From the NCBI RefSeq assembly GCF_006345805.1, contig NW_021828289.1, forward strand, positions 1-7,523: DNA of 7,523 nt, written 5' to 3'. Positions 1 through 5,436 of this stretch are shown here, one piece after another (position 1 is the stretch's first letter; each line of letters begins with the position of its first letter). The notes under the pieces are model-generated. The model saw nothing but the letters and a program-made list of their open reading frames with translations, did not search any database and was not told where the DNA came from. A program made the position numbers and the translations under genes. Source of the stretch: Octopus sinensis. Taxonomy: Eukaryota.

Positions 1-450
1 AGACATGGGGTCCTTGAGATTATTTAAAGAATTGCCTAAATATTTTACAATTGGGAGCGTCGCAAGATGTGAGAACATTTGAGTACTTGATTTATTTAAT
101 TAATTTCATAATTATAATGTAATTTGGAAGGTCTCTAGATGTTAGGAATGTGTGTACTTGAAATTATGTAATTAATTGCGTAATATATTATGAATTAAGA
201 GATGTCCATAGATTTGAAGACAAGGGGTACTTGAGATTATTTAATTACGTTCATAATATATAATTTAATTTGGAATGTCTCTAGATGTGAGAAATGGGTG
301 TAATTAGATTATTTAATTAATTGCGTTAATATTATGCAATTAAGACATGTCCCTAGATTTGAAGACATGGGGGTCCTTGAGATTATTTAATGAATTACGT
401 AATATATTTTACAATTTGGAGCGTCTCAAGATGTGAGAACTTGGCAGTAT
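1..450. repeat. Tail of a preceding higher-order repeat copy, apparently truncated (A-tail, C, B, A, B, A, C)
   Basis: Monomers at 14-450 match 4035-4480 variant for variant: CATTTGAGTAC, GATGTTAG, an A monomer starting GATTATTTAATTAATTGCGTT, and a C monomer ending TGGCAGTA. The sequence then jumps directly to the start of the next higher-order unit at 451. Confidence 0.6.
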
Positions 451-2990
451 TTGAGATTATGTAATTAATTGCGTAATATATTATGCAATTAAGAGATGTC
501 CATAGATTTGAAGACAAGGGGGTACTTGAGATTATTTAATTAATTTCATAATATATAATTTAATTTGGAAGGTCTCTAGATGTGAGAAAATGGGTGTAAT
601 TGAGATTATGTAATTAATTGCGTTATATATTATGCAATAAAGAGATGTCCCTAGATTTGAAGACATGGGGGTCCTTGAGATTATTTAAAGAATTGCCTAA
701 CATATTTTACAATTTGGGAGCGTCTCAAGATGTGAGAACATTGAGTACTTGAGTTTATGTAATTAATTTCATAATATTAATGTAATTTGAAGGTCTCTAG
801 ATGTTAGAAATGCGTGTACTTGAGATATGTAATATATTGCGTATCTATTATGCAATTAAGAGATGTCCATAGATTTGAAGACAAGGGGGTACTTGAGATT
901 ATTTAATTAATTTCATAATATATAATTTAATTTGGAGGTCTCTAGATGTGAGAAAATGGTGTAATTGAGATTATGTAATTAATTGCGTTATATATTATGC
1001 AATAAGGAGATGTCCCTAGATTTGAAGACATGGGGGTCCTTGAGATTATTTAAGAATGCCTAACATATTTTACAATTTGGGAGCGTCTCAAGATGTGAAC
1101 ATGGGAGTACTTGATTTATGTAATAATTTCATAATATATAATGTATTTAAAAGGTCTCTAGATGTGAGAAAATGGTGTACTTGAGATTATGTAATATTTG
1201 CGTTATATATATGCAATTAAGAGATGTCCCTAGATTGGAAGACATTGGGGTACTTGAGATTATGTAATGAATTGTGTAATTATTTGCAAATTTGTGAGGT
1301 CTCAAGATGTGTAGAACATGGGGTACTTGAGATTATTAATTATTTCATAATATATAATGTAATTTGGAGTCTCTAGATGTGAAAAATGGTTGTAATTGAG
1401 ATAAGTAATTAATTGCGTTATATATTATGCAATTAAGAGATGTCCCTAGATTTGGGGTACGAGGAGACAGGGTCCTTGAGATTATATTAAGAATGCCCAA
1501 ATATTTTACAATTTGGGAGCGTCCTCAAGATGTGAGAATATGGGAGTACTTGAGATTATGTAATTATCGTAATATATTATGCAATTAAGAGATGTCCATA
1601 GTTGAAGACCAGGGGGTACTTGAGATTATGTAATAATTTAAAATATATAATTTAATTTGGAATGTCTCTAGATGTGAGAAAATGTTTGTAATTGAGATTA
1701 TGTAATTAATTGCGTTAATATTTATGCAATAAGAGATGTCCCTAGATTTGAAGACATGGGGTACTTGAGATTATTTAAAGAATTGCCTATATATTTTACA
1801 ATTTGGGAGCGTCTCAGGAGTGAGAACATTTGAGTACTTGAGTTTATGTAATTAATTTCATAATATATAATGTAATTTGGAAGGTCTCTAGATGTGAGGA
1901 AATGGTTGTACTTGAAATTATGTATTAATTGCGTAAAGATATTATGCAATTAAGAGATGTCCATAGATTTGAAGACAATGGGGTACTTGAGATTATTTAA
2001 TTAATTCATAATATATAATTAATTTGGAAGGTCTCTAGATGTTAGGAAATGTGTTACTGAAATTATTATTAATTCGTAATATATTATCAATAAGAGTGTC
2101 CTAGATTTGAAGACATGGGGTACTTGAGATTATGTAATGAATTACGTAATATATTTTATTTTGAAGTCTCTAGATGTGAGAAAATGGGTGTACTTGAGAT
2201 TATGTAATTAATATCGTAATATTATGCAATTAAGAGATGTCCATAGGTTTGAAGACCAGGGGTACTTGAGATTATGGTAATTAATTTTAAAATATATAAT
2301 TTAATTTGGAAGTCTCTAGATGTGAGAAAATGGGTGTACTTGAGATTATGTAATTATTGCGTTATATTATGCAATTAAGATGTCCTATTTGAAGACATGG
2401 GAGTCCATGAGATTATCTAAATTACGTAATATATTTTACAATTGTGAGCGTCTCAAGATGTGAGAACATGGTGTAACTTGAAATTATGTAATTAATTGCG
2501 TAATTATTATGCAATTAAGAGATGTCCCTATTTGAAGACAGGGGGTACTTGAGATTATTTAATGAATTGCGTAATATATTTTACAATTTGGGAGCGTCTC
2601 AAGATGTGAGAACATGTGAGTACTTGAGTTTATGTAATTACTTTCATAATATAAATGTAATTTGGAAGGTCTCTAGATGTAGGAAATGGGTACTTGAAAT
2701 TATGTAATTTTAATGCGTAAATATTATGCAATTAAGATTGTCCCTATATTTGAAGACATGGGGTCCTTGAGATTATCTAATGAATTACGTAATATATTTT
2801 ACAATTTGTGAGCGTCTCAAGATGTGAGAACATGGGAGTACTTGAGATTATGTAATTAATTTCGTTATATATTATGCAATTAAGAGATGTCCCTGATTTG
2901 AAGACATGGGAGTCCTTGAGATTATCTAATGAATTACGTAATATATTTTACAATTTGTGAGCGTCTCAAGATGTGAGAACATGGGTGTAC
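451..2990. repeat. Higher-order repeat copy 1 (35 monomers, 2,540 bp)
   Basis: Order is ABACB ABACB ACB AC ABACB AB AC* AB AC ACB AC AC (C* = C/B chimera). Rare variants recur in register in later copies: AATAAGGAG at 1001/3548/5984, GAATTG(T/G)GTAA at 1269/3826/6255, and GATTGGAAGACATTGGGG at ~1233/~3790. Confidence 0.85.
465..492. other. 28-bp imperfect palindrome TTAATTGCGTAATATATTATGCAATTAA (representative copy; present with variants in A monomers)
   Basis: 13 of 14 positions pair across the dyad, and the single mismatch is G/T. A common variant (GCGTTATAT) adds one more mismatch. Confidence 0.9.
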
Positions 2991-3056
2991 TTGAAATTAT
3001 GTAATTAATTGCGTAATATATTATGCAATTAAGAGATGTCCATAGATTTGAAGACA
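2767..3056. repeat. 290-bp exact direct repeat, copy 1 (C-A-C-A)
   Basis: Base-by-base reading finds no difference from 5068-5357 (offset 2,301 bp). Confidence 0.9.
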
Positions 3057-3735
3057 AGGGGGTACTTGAGATTATTTAATTAATTTCATAATATATAATT
3101 TAATTTGGAAGGTCTCTAGATGTGAGAAAATGGGTGTAATTGAGATTATGTAATTAATTGCGTTATATATTATGCAATAAAGAGATGTCCCTAGATTTGA
3201 AGACATGGGGGTCCTTGAGATTATTTAAGAATTGCCTACGATATTTTTACAATTGGGAGCTGTCTCCAAGATGTGAGAACAGGGAGTACTTGAGTTTATG
3301 TATTAATTTCATAATATTTAATGTAATTTAAAAGGTCTCTAGATGTGAGAAAATGCGTGTACTTGAGATTATGTAATATATTGCGTTATATATTATGCAA
3401 TTAAGAGATGTCCATAGATTTGAAGACAAGGGGGTACTTGAGATTATTTAATTAATTTCATAATATATAATTTAATTTGAAAGGTCTCTAGATGTGAGAA
3501 AATGGGTGTAATTGAGATTATGTAATTAATTGCGTTATATATTATGCAATAAGGAGATGTCCCTAGATTTGAAGACATGGGGGTCCTTGAGATTATTTAA
3601 AGAATTGCCTAACATATTTTACAATTTGGGAGCGTCTCAAGATGTGAGAACATGGGAGTACTTGAGTTTATGTAATTAATTTCATAATATATAATGTAAT
3701 TTAAAAGGTCTCTAGATGTGAGAAAATGCGTGTAC
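2991..3735. repeat. Tandem duplication of a ~373-bp pentamer (ABACB x2) at the start of the higher-order unit
   Basis: 2991-3362 and 3363-3735 have the same subtype order and closely similar variants (e.g. TTTAAAAGGTCTC, AAATGCGTGTAC). The same pair is seen at 451-1180 and 5437-6166. Confidence 0.85.
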
Positions 3736-4844
3736 TTGAGATTATGTAATATATTGCGTTATATATTATGCAATTAAGAGATGTCCCTAGATTGGAAGAC
3801 ATTGGGGTACTTTAGATTATTTAATGAATTGTGTAATATATTTTAAAATTTGTGAGCGTCTCAAGATGTGAGAACATGGAAATACTTGAGATTATGTAAT
3901 TAATTTCATAATATATAATGTAATTTGGAAGGTCTCTAGATGTGAGAAAATGGTTGTAATTGAGATTATGTAATTAATTGCGTTATATATTATGCAATTA
4001 AGAGATGTCCTTAGATTTGAAGACATGGGGGTCCTTGAGATTATTTAAAGAATTGCCTAACATATTTTACAATTTGGGAGCGTCTCAAGATGTGAGAACA
4101 TTTGAGTACTTGAGTTTATTTAATTAATTTCATAATATATAATTTAATTTGGAAGGTCTCTAGATGTTAGAAATGTGTTTACTTGAAATTATGTAATTAA
4201 TTGCGTAATATATTATAGAAATTAAGAGTGTCCATAGATTTGAAGACCAGGGGGTACTTGAGATTATTTAATTAATTTCATAATATATAATTTAATTTGG
4301 AAGGTCTCTAGATGTGAGAAAATGGGTGTAATGAGATTATTTAATTAATTGCGTTATATATTATGCAAATTAGATCCTGTCCCTAGATTTGAAGACATGG
4401 GGGTCCTTGAGATTATTTAATGAATTACGTATATAATTTTACATTTGTGAGCGTCTCAAGATGTGAGAACATGGCAGTACTTGAGATTATGTAATTATAT
4501 CGTATATATTATGCAATAAGAGATGTCCATATGTTTTGAAGACCAGGGGGTACTTGAGATTATTTAATTAATTTCAACATTATAATTTAATTTGGATTTT
4601 CTAGATGTAGAAAATGTGTGTAATTGAGATTATGTAATTAATTGCGTAATAATTATGCAATTAAGAATGTCCATAGATTTGAAGACAGGGGGTACTTGAG
4701 ATTATCTAATTAATTACGTAATATATTTTGACAATTGGGAGCGTCTCAAGATGTGAGAACATTTGAGTACTTGAGTTTATGTAATTAATTTCATAATATA
4801 TAATGTAATTTGGAAGGTCTCTAGATGTTAGGAAATGGGTGTAC

Positions 4845-5436
4845 TTGAAATTATGTAATTAATTGCGTAATATATTATGCAATTAAGAGATGTCCCTGAT
4901 TTGAAGACATGGGAGTCCTTGAGATTATCTAATGAATTACGTAATATATTTTACAATTTGTGAGCGTCTCAAGATGTGAGAACATAGGAGTACTTGAGAT
5001 TATGTAATTAATTGCGTAATATATTATGCAATTAAGAGATGTCCATAGATTTGAAGACAAGGGGTACTTGAGATTATCTAATGAATTACGTAATATATTT
5101 TACAATTTGTGAGCGTCTCAAGATGTGAGAACATGGGAGTACTTGAGATTATGTAATTAATTTCGTTATATATTATGCAATTAAGAGATGTCCCTGATTT
5201 GAAGACATGGGAGTCCTTGAGATTATCTAATGAATTACGTAATATATTTTACAATTTGTGAGCGTCTCAAGATGTGAGAACATGGGTGTACTTGAAATTA
5301 TGTAATTAATTGCGTAATATATTATGCAATTAAGAGATGTCCATAGATTTGAAGACATGGAGTAGTGAGATTATCTAATTAATTACGTAATATATTTTAC
5401 AATTGTGAGCGTCTCAAGAGTGAGACATGGGTGTAC
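4845..5436. repeat. Pure (AC)4 dimer tract, ~150-bp period
   Basis: Monomer starts 4845 A, 4919 C, 4994 A, 5068 C, 5143 A, 5217 C, 5292 A, 5365 C. No B monomer (no TCTAGA) occurs in the tract. Confidence 0.9.
5068..5357. repeat. 290-bp exact direct repeat, copy 2 (C-A-C-A)
   Basis: Identical to 2767-3056, including the variants ATTATCTAATG, AATTTCGTT and CCCTGATT. Confidence 0.9.

Larger units (their letters stand above)
2991..5436. repeat. Higher-order repeat copy 2 (33 monomers, 2,446 bp)
   Basis: The first 14-15 monomers match copy 1 in order and in diagnostic variants. The rest aligns after deleting one 4-monomer and one 2-monomer block and adding two AC dimers (35-4-2+2+2=33). Confidence 0.8.

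Noticed and set aside
518-522. G-quadruplex or telomere-like potential from G runs
   Set aside because: There is only one G3-5 tract per monomer, ~70 nt apart, and no short telomeric repeat.
451-525. Monomer as a trimer of an ancestral ~25-bp unit (AGATTATGTAA / ATATTATGCAA / AGATTTGAAG)
   Set aside because: The first two segments are already explained by the 12-bp periodicity, and the third matches too weakly to support by eye.
1722-1949. 75-aa minus-strand ORF
   Set aside because: It lies wholly within the satellite. The Asn/Ile/Tyr-rich translation simply reflects the repeat, and I recognise no domain.
2522-2707. 61-aa plus-strand ORF
   Set aside because: A chance open frame across A-C-B monomers. 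The 74-bp B monomers and frequent indels break frame in equivalent segments elsewhere.
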